64,000 nt of DNA from Solirubrobacterales bacterium (GCA_038203635.1 JBBRDT010000004.1:4154-68153), one strand, 5' to 3'. Positions 37,076 through 50,690 are shown, counted from the stretch's first letter. Notes: a model not told the origin generated them from the sequence alone. Program-made: numbers and translations.

Positions 37076-37468
37076 CTAGCTCTGCTGCCGGAGTGCCGCT
37101 TCGAGCACTCCGGCCTGCTGGCGCCCGTCGCGGCCGCACTTGCGCAGCGCCGTGGTTTCTTCCTGCATGACCTGCTTCATCGTCAGCGTCTTCTTCTCGG
37201 CCGGGATCTCGAGCTTCGCGTCCGGGTTCTCGCCGTAGACCCTGGCCAGGTCGCGCACCGCCGTCAGCATCGTCTCGTAGGAGCGGATGAACAGGTCGCT
37301 GGGCTCTGTCTTGTAGAGCGAGCAGAACTCGGCGATGTCCGTGCGCGCCTGGATCACGCTCACCTCGTCGCCCGAGAGGCCGCCCCCGTCGTCACCGCCG
37401 CCGCAGCCTGCGAACAGCAGTGCTCCGGCGACCACTACGCAGACCATCAATGTCCATCTGGCGCTCAC
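37076..37468 (-). CDS. Small hypothetical lipoprotein, copy 2
   Basis: GTG start, lipobox FAGC; paralogue of 35066-35458. Confidence 0.8.
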   Translation of the reverse strand: MSARWTLMVCVVVAGALLFAGCGGGDDGGGLSGDEVSVIQARTDIAEFCSLYKTEPSDLFIRSYETMLTAVRDLARVYGENPDAKLEIPAEKKTLTMKQVMQEETTALRKCGRDGRQQAGVLEAALRQQS

Positions 37469-37569
37469 GCGGTGCGTAACTGTACAGATCTGTCGGGCAG
37501 GTGGTCACGGTCCCTGCAGCCACGCGGAAGCACACGACCACGATGCTAATGTCGCCGCCCTTGGGAGCC

Positions 37570-38604
37570 GTGAGCACCGCCACCGTCAACCTCTTCAGCG
37601 ATACGCAGACGCAGCCCACCGCGGCCATGCGGCACGCGATGGCGTACGCGGAGGTCGGCGACGAGCAGCGGCTCGCCGACCCGACCGTGAACGCGCTTCA
37701 GGAACGCGTCGCCGAGCTGCTCGGCCACGAGGCGGCGCTGTTCCTCCCATCGGGAACGATGTGCAACGCGATCGCGTTCCGCCTGCACGTGCGACCCGGC
37801 GGTGACGAGGTGATCCTCGACCGGACGTCGCACCCGGTCTCATACGAGGCGGGCGGGCCGGCGGCGCTGTCGGGAGCGATGCTGAGCGTCCTCGATGGTG
37901 ACGGCGGCGTCTTTACCGCGGCGCAGGTGGAGGGCGCCGTGCGCCCGGCCGGTGACCGGTACGGCCCCCGCTCGCGCCTGGTTTCGGTGGAGCAGACGAC
38001 GAACATCGGCGGCGGCCGGGTCTGGCCGTTGGCGGACATACGGGCGGTGCTGGAAGTCGCGCGTCGCAACGGGATGCGCGCGCACCTGGACGGGGCGCGG
38101 CTGATGAACGCCGTCGTCGCCGGCGGCGTCCCGGCGGCCGACTTCGCGAGCGGGTTCGATACCGCATGGATCGATCTGACCAAGGGACTCGGCGCGCCCG
38201 TCGGCGCTGTGCTGGCGGCGTCGCAAGAGCTGATCGAGGAAGCCTGGCGCTACAAGCAGATGATGGGCGGAGCGATGCGTCAGGCGGGCATCCTCGCCGC
38301 CGCAGGCCTGCACGCCCTCGACCACCATGTGGAGCGCCTGGCCGAGGACCACGCCAATGCACGGCGCCTCGCCGAAGGTCTCGCCGAGCTACCCGGTGTC
38401 GAGATCGACATCGCGCGCGTCCAGACCAACATTCTCGTGTTTGGAGTGCCCGACGCATACGGGTTGTGCGGCGCGCTCTACGAGCGCGGCGTGCAGCTGG
38501 CACCGCTGGGCCCGCAACGGCTGCGCGCGGTCACGCATCTGGACGTCGATGCCGGCGGCATCGACCGTGCCCTCACGGTTTTTCGTCAGCTGCTGGCTCC
38601 CTGA
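37570..38604 (+). CDS. ltaE: Low-specificity L-threonine aldolase family protein
   Basis: SDT.T.PT, VGDE, PSGTMCN, HLDGARL, TKGLGAPVG, GGAMRQAG. Confidence 0.9.
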   Translation: MSTATVNLFSDTQTQPTAAMRHAMAYAEVGDEQRLADPTVNALQERVAELLGHEAALFLPSGTMCNAIAFRLHVRPGGDEVILDRTSHPVSYEAGGPAALSGAMLSVLDGDGGVFTAAQVEGAVRPAGDRYGPRSRLVSVEQTTNIGGGRVWPLADIRAVLEVARRNGMRAHLDGARLMNAVVAGGVPAADFASGFDTAWIDLTKGLGAPVGAVLAASQELIEEAWRYKQMMGGAMRQAGILAAAGLHALDHHVERLAEDHANARRLAEGLAELPGVEIDIARVQTNILVFGVPDAYGLCGALYERGVQLAPLGPQRLRAVTHLDVDAGGIDRALTVFRQLLAP

Positions 38605-38959
38605 ACGAGCGCCTGAGGAGCTGCGCCGCGAAGAACAGCAACAGGCAGGCGAACCCGACCTCGAGGGACCGCTCGGAGACGTTGTTTGCGATCACCGTGC
38701 CGGCGACCACGCCAAGTGGGGAGAGCGCGCCGATCACGCCCGCGTCCTTCAGGCGCACATTGCCGTACCCGTACTGGCGCCAGGTGCCGACGAGCGCGAC
38801 CAGCACGATGGACACGAGCGATGTTGCCTCCGCCTCGAGCTGCGACTGGCCCATGAAGATGGACAGGGCGGGGACGAACAGGATCCCCCCGCCGACGCCG
38901 ACGAGGCCGCCGACCGCACCGGCGAAGAGCCCGAGCAGGATGGCGGCGAGCTCGCTCAA
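38573..38959 (-). CDS. Half-size TauE/SafE (TSUP) membrane protein B
   Basis: TTGA overlap start; GGLVGVGGG, ATSL; about 4 TM segments. Confidence 0.8.
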   Translation of the reverse strand: MSELAAILLGLFAGAVGGLVGVGGGILFVPALSIFMGQSQLEAEATSLVSIVLVALVGTWRQYGYGNVRLKDAGVIGALSPLGVVAGTVIANNVSERSLEVGFACLLLFFAAQLLRRSFREPAADEKP

Positions 38960-39339
38960 CCGATCAGCAGCTTGATTGCGACGCCAACGAGCAGCGCTGC
39001 GAACAGCAGCGACACGGCCCGGCCCGACAGGCGTTGCTGCAGGGCGGTGCCGGCAACCACCCCCGCGATGGCGGGAGCGCCGACCAGGAATCCCTTGCCG
39101 AGGTCGACGTTGCCGTATGCGCCGTGGGCAATCGCCGCGAACAGCCCGATCAGTACGATCGCGGCGAGCGACGTGCCGGTGGCGACGTGCTCGGAGTACC
39201 CGAACCACAGCACGAGCATCGGCACGATCACGGTGCCGCCGCCAACCCCGAACAGCCCGCTGAACGTCCCCGCCACGGTGGCGACGAAAGCAAGCTTCAG
39301 GAGGCGCGGCCCGGACTCGCTCGGGGATGGCCCGGACAT
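38956..39339 (-). CDS. Half-size TauE/SafE (TSUP) membrane protein A
   Basis: SGLFGVGGG..IVP, ATGTSL; about 4 TM segments. Confidence 0.82.
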   Translation of the reverse strand: MSGPSPSESGPRLLKLAFVATVAGTFSGLFGVGGGTVIVPMLVLWFGYSEHVATGTSLAAIVLIGLFAAIAHGAYGNVDLGKGFLVGAPAIAGVVAGTALQQRLSGRAVSLLFAALLVGVAIKLLIG

Positions 39340-39360
39340 GGTCCGGGATACTAGAGCCGC
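39340..39360. promoter_or_regulatory. Overlapping divergent leaderless promoters
   Basis: Only 21 bp between divergent ATGs; GATACT (+) and TAGTAT (-) each lie 8 nt from a start; no RBS. Confidence 0.55.
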
Positions 39361-40173
39361 ATGACGCCGCTTCCCGGCACGGCCACGGCCGAGCGCCTGC
39401 TCGCTCCTCTCCGCGAACGACCGCAGCGCTCAGCCATCCTCTGCGACATCGACGGCACCCTCGCGCCGATCGTGGAGCGCCCCGAGCTCGCGACCGTGCC
39501 ACCCCGCGCAAGACACCTGCTGGAGCAGCTGTCGACCCGTTACGGGCTCGTCGCCTGCGTGTCGGGCCGCCGCGCGACGGTCGCGCGGCAGATGGTCGGC
39601 ATCGATGGGCTCCTCTACGTCGGCAACCACGGGCTCGAGCGGCTGGAGCCCGGTTCCGAGGTGGCCGTGCTCAACCCGGAGATCCAGCCGCTCGCCGAGC
39701 GCGTCCGCCGGTTCGCGGCCGAGCGCTTCACTCCGGAGTTGGAGCGGCTCGGGATCACACTCGAGGACAAGGACGCGATCTGGACCTTCCACTACCGGCG
39801 CGCCGGCGACGAGGATGCGGCCCGCGCGGCGCTGGAGGGCGTGGCGCAGGGTGCGCACGCCGCCGGGCTTGACCCGCACCACGGACGGAAGGTCCTCGAG
39901 ATCAGGCCCACCGCAGCCGTGGACAAGGGCACGGCCGTGGCGGGAGTGCTCGAGGGCCGGGAACTCTCCCGGGCTCTGTTCGGCGGAGACGACACCACCG
40001 ACGTGGACGCTTTCCGGCGGCTGCGAGAGCTGGCCGGCGAAGGTGCACTCGAGGGTGTGGTGTGCGTGGGCGTCGCGTCGGCCGAGACCCCGGCGGCGGT
40101 CGTCGAAGAGGCGGACCTGGTCGTCGAGGGCACGGAGGGCTTCCTGCGGATCCTCGAGAGCCTGGCCGCCTGA
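39361..40173 (+). CDS. otsB: Trehalose-6-phosphate phosphatase
   Basis: HAD DIDGTLAPI, VSGR, GNHG, HYR, EIRP..DKG, GDDTTDVDAF. Confidence 0.92.
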   Translation: MTPLPGTATAERLLAPLRERPQRSAILCDIDGTLAPIVERPELATVPPRARHLLEQLSTRYGLVACVSGRRATVARQMVGIDGLLYVGNHGLERLEPGSEVAVLNPEIQPLAERVRRFAAERFTPELERLGITLEDKDAIWTFHYRRAGDEDAARAALEGVAQGAHAAGLDPHHGRKVLEIRPTAAVDKGTAVAGVLEGRELSRALFGGDDTTDVDAFRRLRELAGEGALEGVVCVGVASAETPAAVVEEADLVVEGTEGFLRILESLAA

Positions 40174-40186
40174 GGGGCAGAGGCGC

Positions 40187-40711
40187 TTGCTCTACACCGA
40201 CTTCCTCAAGTCGACCGTGCTGCTCGCCGCCGCTGAGGGAACGGCGCTCGCGGTGGTCGCCATCGCCGTGGCCGCCGCCCAGGACGACACCCCGACGATC
40301 ATCTTCGCCGTCTCGTGGTGGGTCGTTGCCGTCGTCTTCGGTGCGTGGCTGGGACGTCGCCCGCAGACGACGAGAGCAATCGGCCGGCTGCTGGCCTCTG
40401 CACGCACGTCGAACACGCTCCCCGACATCAGGCCGGGATCGGTGCTGCTGAACCGGCTCTGGCTCCTGGCTGTGTCCGCCGTGGTGGCCGCCGGCCTGTC
40501 GTGGCTGTTTCCCCAGTTCTCCGCGGTGGTTGCCGGCGGTGCGTTCCTGGTCGCGCTCGCATGGCGCAAGCAGGAGCCGGCGGTGACCGCGATCGAAGAG
40601 CGCGACGGCGTGCGCTTCTACGTTGTCCCGACCTCGCCGTTCGGCGCGATCGAGCTGACGCGGACCCCGGGACTGAGGCGCGTCGACACCGTCAACGGCG
40701 CCGGCTTGTAG
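40187..40711 (+). CDS. Hypothetical membrane protein (about 4 TM)
   Basis: TTG start after GAGG; hydrophobic segments; GC-rich third codon positions. Confidence 0.7.
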   Translation: MLYTDFLKSTVLLAAAEGTALAVVAIAVAAAQDDTPTIIFAVSWWVVAVVFGAWLGRRPQTTRAIGRLLASARTSNTLPDIRPGSVLLNRLWLLAVSAVVAAGLSWLFPQFSAVVAGGAFLVALAWRKQEPAVTAIEERDGVRFYVVPTSPFGAIELTRTPGLRRVDTVNGAGL

Positions 40712-42446
40712 CCGCCTTCTTGCGACCGCGCTTGCGCAGCTTGTCGAGCTGCGGCCAGGTGCGCGTGTTCGCGACGTGTTCCTTGGTGAGCCAGGCCCGG
40801 CGCGCGGTCGCGACGCCGTAACGGACCACGCTCAGCGTGCGCCTGCTGTGCGCGTCGGAGTCGATCACGATCAACACGCCTGCCTCCGCGGCGAGCCGGG
40901 CGTGCACGTCGTTCAGGTCGCGCCGGTCGGGATTTGCGTTGATCTCGAGGAACGTCCCGGTCTCGGCGGCGTGGGCGATCAGCTGCTCGACGTCGACCGC
41001 ATACGGCTCCCGCCGCAGGATCTTGCGGCCCGTCGGGTGGCCGATGACGTCCACCAGCGGATGGTCCATCGCGGCCATCATGCGCTTCGTCATCTTCTCC
41101 TCGCCCATGCGAAAAGACGTATGGGTGGAGGCCACGACCCAGTCCAGCTCCTCGAGCACCTCGTCCGCATAGTCGAGTGACCCGTCGGTGTTGATGTTCA
41201 CCTCGGTTCCCGCGAGCACGGTGAACCCGTCGAGCTCCTCGTTCAATTGCCGCGCGCGCTCGACCTGCCGTAACAGCTCGTCCGCCTGCACGTCGTTGCC
41301 GAACCCGTGCGAGGCGGAGTGGTCCGTGACAGCGAGGTACTTGTAGCCGCGCTTCTGCGCAGCCCTGGCCATGTCCGGGAGCGAGCTGCGCCCATCCGAC
41401 AGCGTGGTGTGCGAATGCAGGTCCCCCTTGAGGTCGGCCTCGGTTACGAGCTTCGGCAACTCCCCGGCGATCGCTGCCTGCAGCTCGCCTCGTCCCTCGC
41501 GCAGCTCAGGCTCGATGCACGGAAGGCCGAGCACCTCGTAGACGCCCTCTTCCGTTGGGCAGCGGTGCACCTTGCCCGACTCGTCCTCCTCGATCCCGTA
41601 CTCGCTCACGTGCATACCGCGGCGCACGGCGTACTCACGTAGCGCGACGTTGTGCTGCTTGGAACCCGTCAGGTGCTGGAGCACGTTGCCGAACTGGTCC
41701 GGCTCGACGACCCGGAAGTCGATCCGTAGACCGTTGTGGGTCGTCCCCCGCGCTCCCGCCTCGCCGCCCGAGCCGACCTCGCTCAAAAGCTCCATCTCGG
41801 TGAATGCGCGCGTCAGCTCGGCCGGGTCGTGTGAGGTCGCGATCACGTCGAGGTCCTTGCACGTGTCGGTCATCCGCCGGGCGCTGCCGGCGATCTCGAC
41901 CCGGTCTGCGGCGGGGTGCTTGCGCAGGTGGTCGACGATCTGCTCGCCGATCGCCAGCACGGCTGACAGCAGGACCCGCTGAGCGGGGCCCTCCTCGACG
42001 TGCCTCGAGAGCGCCTTGGCGATGTTCTGCTCGGCCTTTGGCCCGAGTCCGGCGATCTGGCGCAGGCGCTCGTTCTCAGCGGCCTCCTTCAAGTCCTCGA
42101 GTGTCGAGATGCCGAGCTCGTCGTAGATCTTGCGAGCCGTCTTGGCCCCCAGGCCCGGCAGCTGGGTGAACCGCACGAGCTCACCGGGAAACTTCGCGCG
42201 CAGCTTCTCAGCCGCGGGGATGTCGCCCGTCTCGACCAGCGCGCGGATCTTCTCCTGGAGCGTCTTGCCGACGTTGCGGACCTCAGTGGCCCGGTCCTCC
42301 AGCGCCAGCTGGGCGACCGAGACCGGGGAGTTGCGGATCGAATTGGCCGCCTCCCGGTAGGCGACCACGCGATAGATCACCGCCCCGTCGAGCTCGTACA
42401 GGTCCGCCAACTCGTCCATGGCCGCGGCGATCTCGGCGTTCTTCAT
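40692..42446 (-). CDS. polX: DNA polymerase X / PHP-domain 3'-5' exonuclease
   Basis: MKNAEIA start, HhH motifs, AGSARR, DLDV, TGSKQHN, GDLHSHT, TDHS, HPTGR, DSDAH. Confidence 0.95.
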   Translation of the reverse strand: MKNAEIAAAMDELADLYELDGAVIYRVVAYREAANSIRNSPVSVAQLALEDRATEVRNVGKTLQEKIRALVETGDIPAAEKLRAKFPGELVRFTQLPGLGAKTARKIYDELGISTLEDLKEAAENERLRQIAGLGPKAEQNIAKALSRHVEEGPAQRVLLSAVLAIGEQIVDHLRKHPAADRVEIAGSARRMTDTCKDLDVIATSHDPAELTRAFTEMELLSEVGSGGEAGARGTTHNGLRIDFRVVEPDQFGNVLQHLTGSKQHNVALREYAVRRGMHVSEYGIEEDESGKVHRCPTEEGVYEVLGLPCIEPELREGRGELQAAIAGELPKLVTEADLKGDLHSHTTLSDGRSSLPDMARAAQKRGYKYLAVTDHSASHGFGNDVQADELLRQVERARQLNEELDGFTVLAGTEVNINTDGSLDYADEVLEELDWVVASTHTSFRMGEEKMTKRMMAAMDHPLVDVIGHPTGRKILRREPYAVDVEQLIAHAAETGTFLEINANPDRRDLNDVHARLAAEAGVLIVIDSDAHSRRTLSVVRYGVATARRAWLTKEHVANTRTWPQLDKLRKRGRKKAATSRRR

Positions 42447-42480
42447 CGCAGACACGTTAGAGACTGGCGATACTCCCGCG

Positions 42481-43224
42481 ATGCCGCGAGACTGGCCTCC
42501 CGGCCCGGTGTGGGTCGTGCTGCCCACCTACAACGAGCGCGAGAACCTCGAGCCGGTTGTGACCGGCGTGCGTGCGGCGCTCGACGGCGTGGCTCCGGAT
42601 CACAGGGTGCTGATCGTGGATGACTCCTCCCCGGACGGCACGGGCCGCCTCGCCGAGGAGCTCGCGGCCCGCGATCCCGCGGTGAGCGTCCTGCACCGGC
42701 CGCAGAAGGAGGGGCTGGGCCAGGCCTACATAGCGGGGTTCGGAGTCGCGCTCGCCGAGGGGGCCGCCCTTGTGATCGAAATGGACGCGGACCTCTCGCA
42801 CGACCCGCGACACCTGCGGATGATGGTGGAGGCGGCGCACAAGGCCGACCTCGTGCTCGGCTCGCGGTACGTCCCCGGGGGACAGGTGCGCAACTGGGGC
42901 GCGATGCGGCGGCTCGTGAGCCGCGGCGGCTGCTGGTATGCCCGCGTCGTCCTGGGCGTCGGCGTACGTGACCTGACGGGTGGCTTCAAGTGCTTCCGGC
43001 GGGAGGTCCTGGAGGCGCTCGACCTAACTCACATCAGGTCGCAGGGCTATGCCTTCCAGGTGGAGCTGACCTACAGGGCGATCCAGCGCGGGTTCCGCGT
43101 CATGGAGATCCCGATCGTGTTCACCGACAGGACCGTCGGCCAGAGCAAGATGTCTCGCCGGATCGTGCTCGAGGCTATGTGGATGGTGCCGATACTGAGG
43201 GCGGGCCGCAGGCACTATACGTAA
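42481..43224 (+). CDS. Polyprenol monophosphomannose synthase (Ppm1/Dpm1-like GT2)
   Basis: LPTYNEREN, VDDSSPDGTG, GLGQAY, MDADLSH, DLTGGFK, GYAFQVE. Confidence 0.92.
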   Translation: MPRDWPPGPVWVVLPTYNERENLEPVVTGVRAALDGVAPDHRVLIVDDSSPDGTGRLAEELAARDPAVSVLHRPQKEGLGQAYIAGFGVALAEGAALVIEMDADLSHDPRHLRMMVEAAHKADLVLGSRYVPGGQVRNWGAMRRLVSRGGCWYARVVLGVGVRDLTGGFKCFRREVLEALDLTHIRSQGYAFQVELTYRAIQRGFRVMEIPIVFTDRTVGQSKMSRRIVLEAMWMVPILRAGRRHYT

Positions 43225-43275
43225 TGAAGTATTGACTGTCTAGACTTGTGTGGCAACCGAGCAGAAGGGAGCATC

Positions 43276-43602
43276 GTGGCTGGCCAGATCACCGACGTGA
43301 CAGATGGCACCTTTGAAGTGGAGGTACTGGAAGCAGAGGGCGCAGTACTGGTGGACTTCTGGGCGCCCTGGTGCGGCCCGTGCCGAGTCGTCTCCCCCGT
43401 TCTGGAGGAGATCCACAACGAGCGCGAGGACCTGCGGGTGGTCAAGCTGAACGTCGACGAGAACCAGCAGACGGCGGTGAAGTACGAGGTGCTCTCGATC
43501 CCCACGATGATCCTGTTCAAGGAGGGGGCGATGGTGAAGAAGCTGATCGGGGCGCAGCCGAAGGCGCGCATCGAGGCCGAGCTGGAGCTTGAGCCTGCTT
43601 AG
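43276..43602 (+). CDS. trxA: Thioredoxin
   Basis: DFWAPWCGPC, SIPT, GAQPK; AAGGGAG RBS before GTG. Confidence 0.95.
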   Translation: MAGQITDVTDGTFEVEVLEAEGAVLVDFWAPWCGPCRVVSPVLEEIHNEREDLRVVKLNVDENQQTAVKYEVLSIPTMILFKEGAMVKKLIGAQPKARIEAELELEPA

Positions 43603-43659
43603 TTTTCCTGCGTAGCTGCGTAACTGCATAACTGCGGCTGGAGCGGGCATTCTGTAGAC

Positions 43660-43891
43660 ATGCCGGAGGCGCAGCGAGCACCGGTCGCGTACAAGGCGGT
43701 GGTCCTCGTCGCCGTTCGTGGCCGTGCCGATCATCTCGGCTGCGGTGATCCTCACGGAGGAGATCTGGGTGCGCGAGATCGAGGCGTCCCACGAGAACCG
43801 CGTCACGACCGACATCGTGATCCCGACCAGCGAGGACCTACCGGAGCGCGGTCCGCCGGAGGAGTTGGCGGCCGAGCGCGAGCGTCTTTAG
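43660..43891 (+). pseudogene. Probable internally deleted membrane-transporter gene (AI-2E/PerM-like termini)
   Basis: MPEAQRAPVAYKAVVLVA is joined out of frame near 43714 to FVAVPIISAAVILTEEIWV...ERL*. Confidence 0.5.
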
Positions 43892-43990
43892 CGTCGGCTC
43901 CATTCATACGAATCGTTCGGCCTTAGCCTCGAAGAGTTGACCTGGCGGCGACGATCCGTCACGCAATCGTGGGCACCCTCCGCCCATGGC

Positions 43991-44041
43991 CGAACTTTCG
44001 CGATCTGCACCCACCCCTCGGGTGCGAAACGCGAAAGTTCG
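43991..44041. repeat. REP-like / terminator-like palindromic hairpin
   Basis: cgaactttcgcg/cgcgaaagttcg 12-bp outer stem plus gcaccc/gggtgc inner stem, downstream of ileS. Confidence 0.75.
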
Positions 44042-44058
44042 CGTGGTCGGTCACAGCT

Positions 44059-47211
<3,153 letters not shown>

Positions 47212-47223
47212 TGGCGGGTGATT

Positions 47224-47670
47224 CTAGGCTGCGCGTTCGAGCTTCCGGCACAGCCGGGCGAGCTCGCGCTTCTCACCGTCGTCCAGGACGGTGAACGTGT
47301 CCTGGACCCGGTGGGCGTGGCCGGGGAAGAGGTCCTCCACCAGCGCACGGCCGGAATCGGTGAGACTGATCATCAGCGCGCGCCGGTCCCGCGGGTCCGT
47401 CTCGCGGCGGATCAGGCGGCGCTGCTCGAGGGTCGAGGTGACCTCGCTGGCGTTGGCCTTGCTGAGGCCGAGACGCTGGCGGAGCGTCCGCAGGCCGAGG
47501 ACGCCCCCGGCCGATTCGACCACCACCAGCATCCCGAACGCGGTCGGAGAGAGCCCGCGGCGCTCCAGCTCGCGGCCGAGCTTGCGCGTGACCCGGGTCT
47601 CGGCACGCACGAGCGCATCGAGGGCGCGATGCGCCAGCGGGTCCTGCAGCAGGGTCGAAAGGTCGCTCAC
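47224..47670 (-). CDS. MarR family transcriptional regulator
   Basis: wHTH with L...L.LSK..., DPRDRR...ISLTDSG, L...EK.EL..L..KL. Confidence 0.88.
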   Translation of the reverse strand: MSDLSTLLQDPLAHRALDALVRAETRVTRKLGRELERRGLSPTAFGMLVVVESAGGVLGLRTLRQRLGLSKANASEVTSTLEQRRLIRRETDPRDRRALMISLTDSGRALVEDLFPGHAHRVQDTFTVLDDGEKRELARLCRKLERAA

Positions 47671-47821
47671 CTGGAGGGACGACGCTAGGCGTCGGTCCGG
47701 ACGAAAACAGCCAGGTGCGAGCGATTTGGCGATCGACGGTAGAGTTAGGGCGGTCAGGGGGGCGCTCAGGCGCCGTCGTACAAGTCTCGCGGAGCGATCC
47801 GCAGCGGGGTAGGTTGTCTTG

Positions 47822-49357
47822 ATGGGAACGAGATGGTTGCTGTTGGCGGCTCTCGCCGGGGCAGTGACGGCCGGGACACCCACCGTGGCCCAGGCCTCCT
47901 TCCCGGGGACGAACGGGAGGATCGCCTTCGGGCGCGCCGTCGACACGCCGACCGAGACGCGCTGCATCCACACGGTCATCTTCAACGGCGCGGGCGACAC
48001 GATCCTGCTCCCCCCGTGCGACCCGGAGGCCGAGAGCAAGCCGCGATGGGCCTCCAACGCGGGCCAGATCGCGTACGAGGGGTGGGCCGGACAGCTCGAC
48101 ATCGTCAATGCCGACAGCACCAACCTGCGCGAGTTCGTCTTCGACAGCGGAGTGGGGACCACCGGCTTTGGCTGGTCTCCCGACAGCGCCCAGATCGCCG
48201 TCAGCTGGTTCGATTGCCCCGACGGGGGAACATGTGGATCCCGGATCGAGAAAATGACTGCCGCGACCGGGAGCTACACCACGATCCTGAACACCACGGA
48301 CTACGTGTCCGGAATCGACTGGTCGCCCGATGGAACGCTGATCGCGTTCGCGCGTCAGTTCCAGCTCTACAAGATCAATGCCGATGGGACGGGTCAGGTG
48401 GCGATCGCACCGGGCTCGCCGGGAGACAACTACGCGCCCAGCTGGTCTCCGAACCAGACCAAGATCGCCTTCGTCAGCACCCGTGACGAGAACGAGGAGA
48501 TCTACGTCATGAACGCGAACGGCACGGGGCAGACCCGGCTGACCGACATGGTGGGGTCCGACACGTCGCCGCGATGGTCTCCGGACGGTACGAAGATCGT
48601 CTTCGAGAGCGACCGGGACGGCAATCAGGAGATCTACACGATGAACGCGGACGGCACGGGCCAGACGAGGGTCACCAACGATCCCGCCGCCGACACGGCA
48701 CCCGACTGGCAATCCCTGCCGATCAACGGCTACGTGCGGCCCAAGAACGCGACCACGGTTCGCGCCTCGCTGGTGCCGGCCTATAACCAGTGCGTCTCTT
48801 CAAACCGTCTTCACGGGCCACCGCTCGGATCCGCGTCGTGCAACCCGCCCGGCCAGGTCTCGAACGAGCTGACGGTCGGCGGTCCCGAGTCCAACGGGAA
48901 GCCGGCGAATTTCCAGGGCTTCGTGCGCTACACCGCCTTGCCGGGCAATACGGGCACGCCGGCCGACGAGGCGGACGTGCGCATCACCATCCAGCTGTCC
49001 GACATCCTCCGGCAGGGGACCCTGACCGACTACAACGGTGAGCTGGCCGCAAAGACGGTCATACGAATCACGGACAAGTCGAACACTCCGCATCCAAGTG
49101 GACCGGGTCCAGGCACCGTGTTCGACCACCCCTTGCGCGCCACGGTCCCGTGCACACCCACGGCGGACGTCAACGTAGGCGCAACCTGCAACCTGGTCAC
49201 GACCGCCGACGCAGTCCTGCCCGGCACCGTCACCGAGACCAAGCGGACGGTCTGGGGAATGGCCTCCGTGCAGGTCGAAGACGGGGGGGCGGACAGCGAC
49301 GCCGATACCTTCGGCGACAACGTCGTCTTCCTGACGCAGGGAGTCTTCGTCCCCTGA
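47822..49357 (+). CDS. Secreted TolB-like (PD40) beta-propeller with C-terminal 'TQGxFxP' domain
   Basis: Signal peptide, FPGTNGRIAF, repeated WSPDG..IAF / EIY.MNADG, C-terminal domain homologous to 33612-34373. Confidence 0.88.
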   Translation: MGTRWLLLAALAGAVTAGTPTVAQASFPGTNGRIAFGRAVDTPTETRCIHTVIFNGAGDTILLPPCDPEAESKPRWASNAGQIAYEGWAGQLDIVNADSTNLREFVFDSGVGTTGFGWSPDSAQIAVSWFDCPDGGTCGSRIEKMTAATGSYTTILNTTDYVSGIDWSPDGTLIAFARQFQLYKINADGTGQVAIAPGSPGDNYAPSWSPNQTKIAFVSTRDENEEIYVMNANGTGQTRLTDMVGSDTSPRWSPDGTKIVFESDRDGNQEIYTMNADGTGQTRVTNDPAADTAPDWQSLPINGYVRPKNATTVRASLVPAYNQCVSSNRLHGPPLGSASCNPPGQVSNELTVGGPESNGKPANFQGFVRYTALPGNTGTPADEADVRITIQLSDILRQGTLTDYNGELAAKTVIRITDKSNTPHPSGPGPGTVFDHPLRATVPCTPTADVNVGATCNLVTTADAVLPGTVTETKRTVWGMASVQVEDGGADSDADTFGDNVVFLTQGVFVP

Positions 49358-49367
49358 CGGGGACGCG

Positions 49368-50690
<1,323 letters not shown>

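Larger units (their letters stand above)
36485..37484. repeat. Diverged direct repeat, copy 2 (lipoprotein pair)
   Basis: Colinear with 34428-35474; begins with only the right arm of the 34408 terminator. Confidence 0.9.

Noticed and set aside
34428-37484. Composite transposon flanked by IS copies
   Set aside because: The repeats encode lipoproteins, with no transposase or terminal inverted repeats.
43900-43990. Possible remnant of a DUF559-like endonuclease gene next to the palindrome
   Set aside because: Only a few suggestive residues (ELTWRR); too weak to support without a search.
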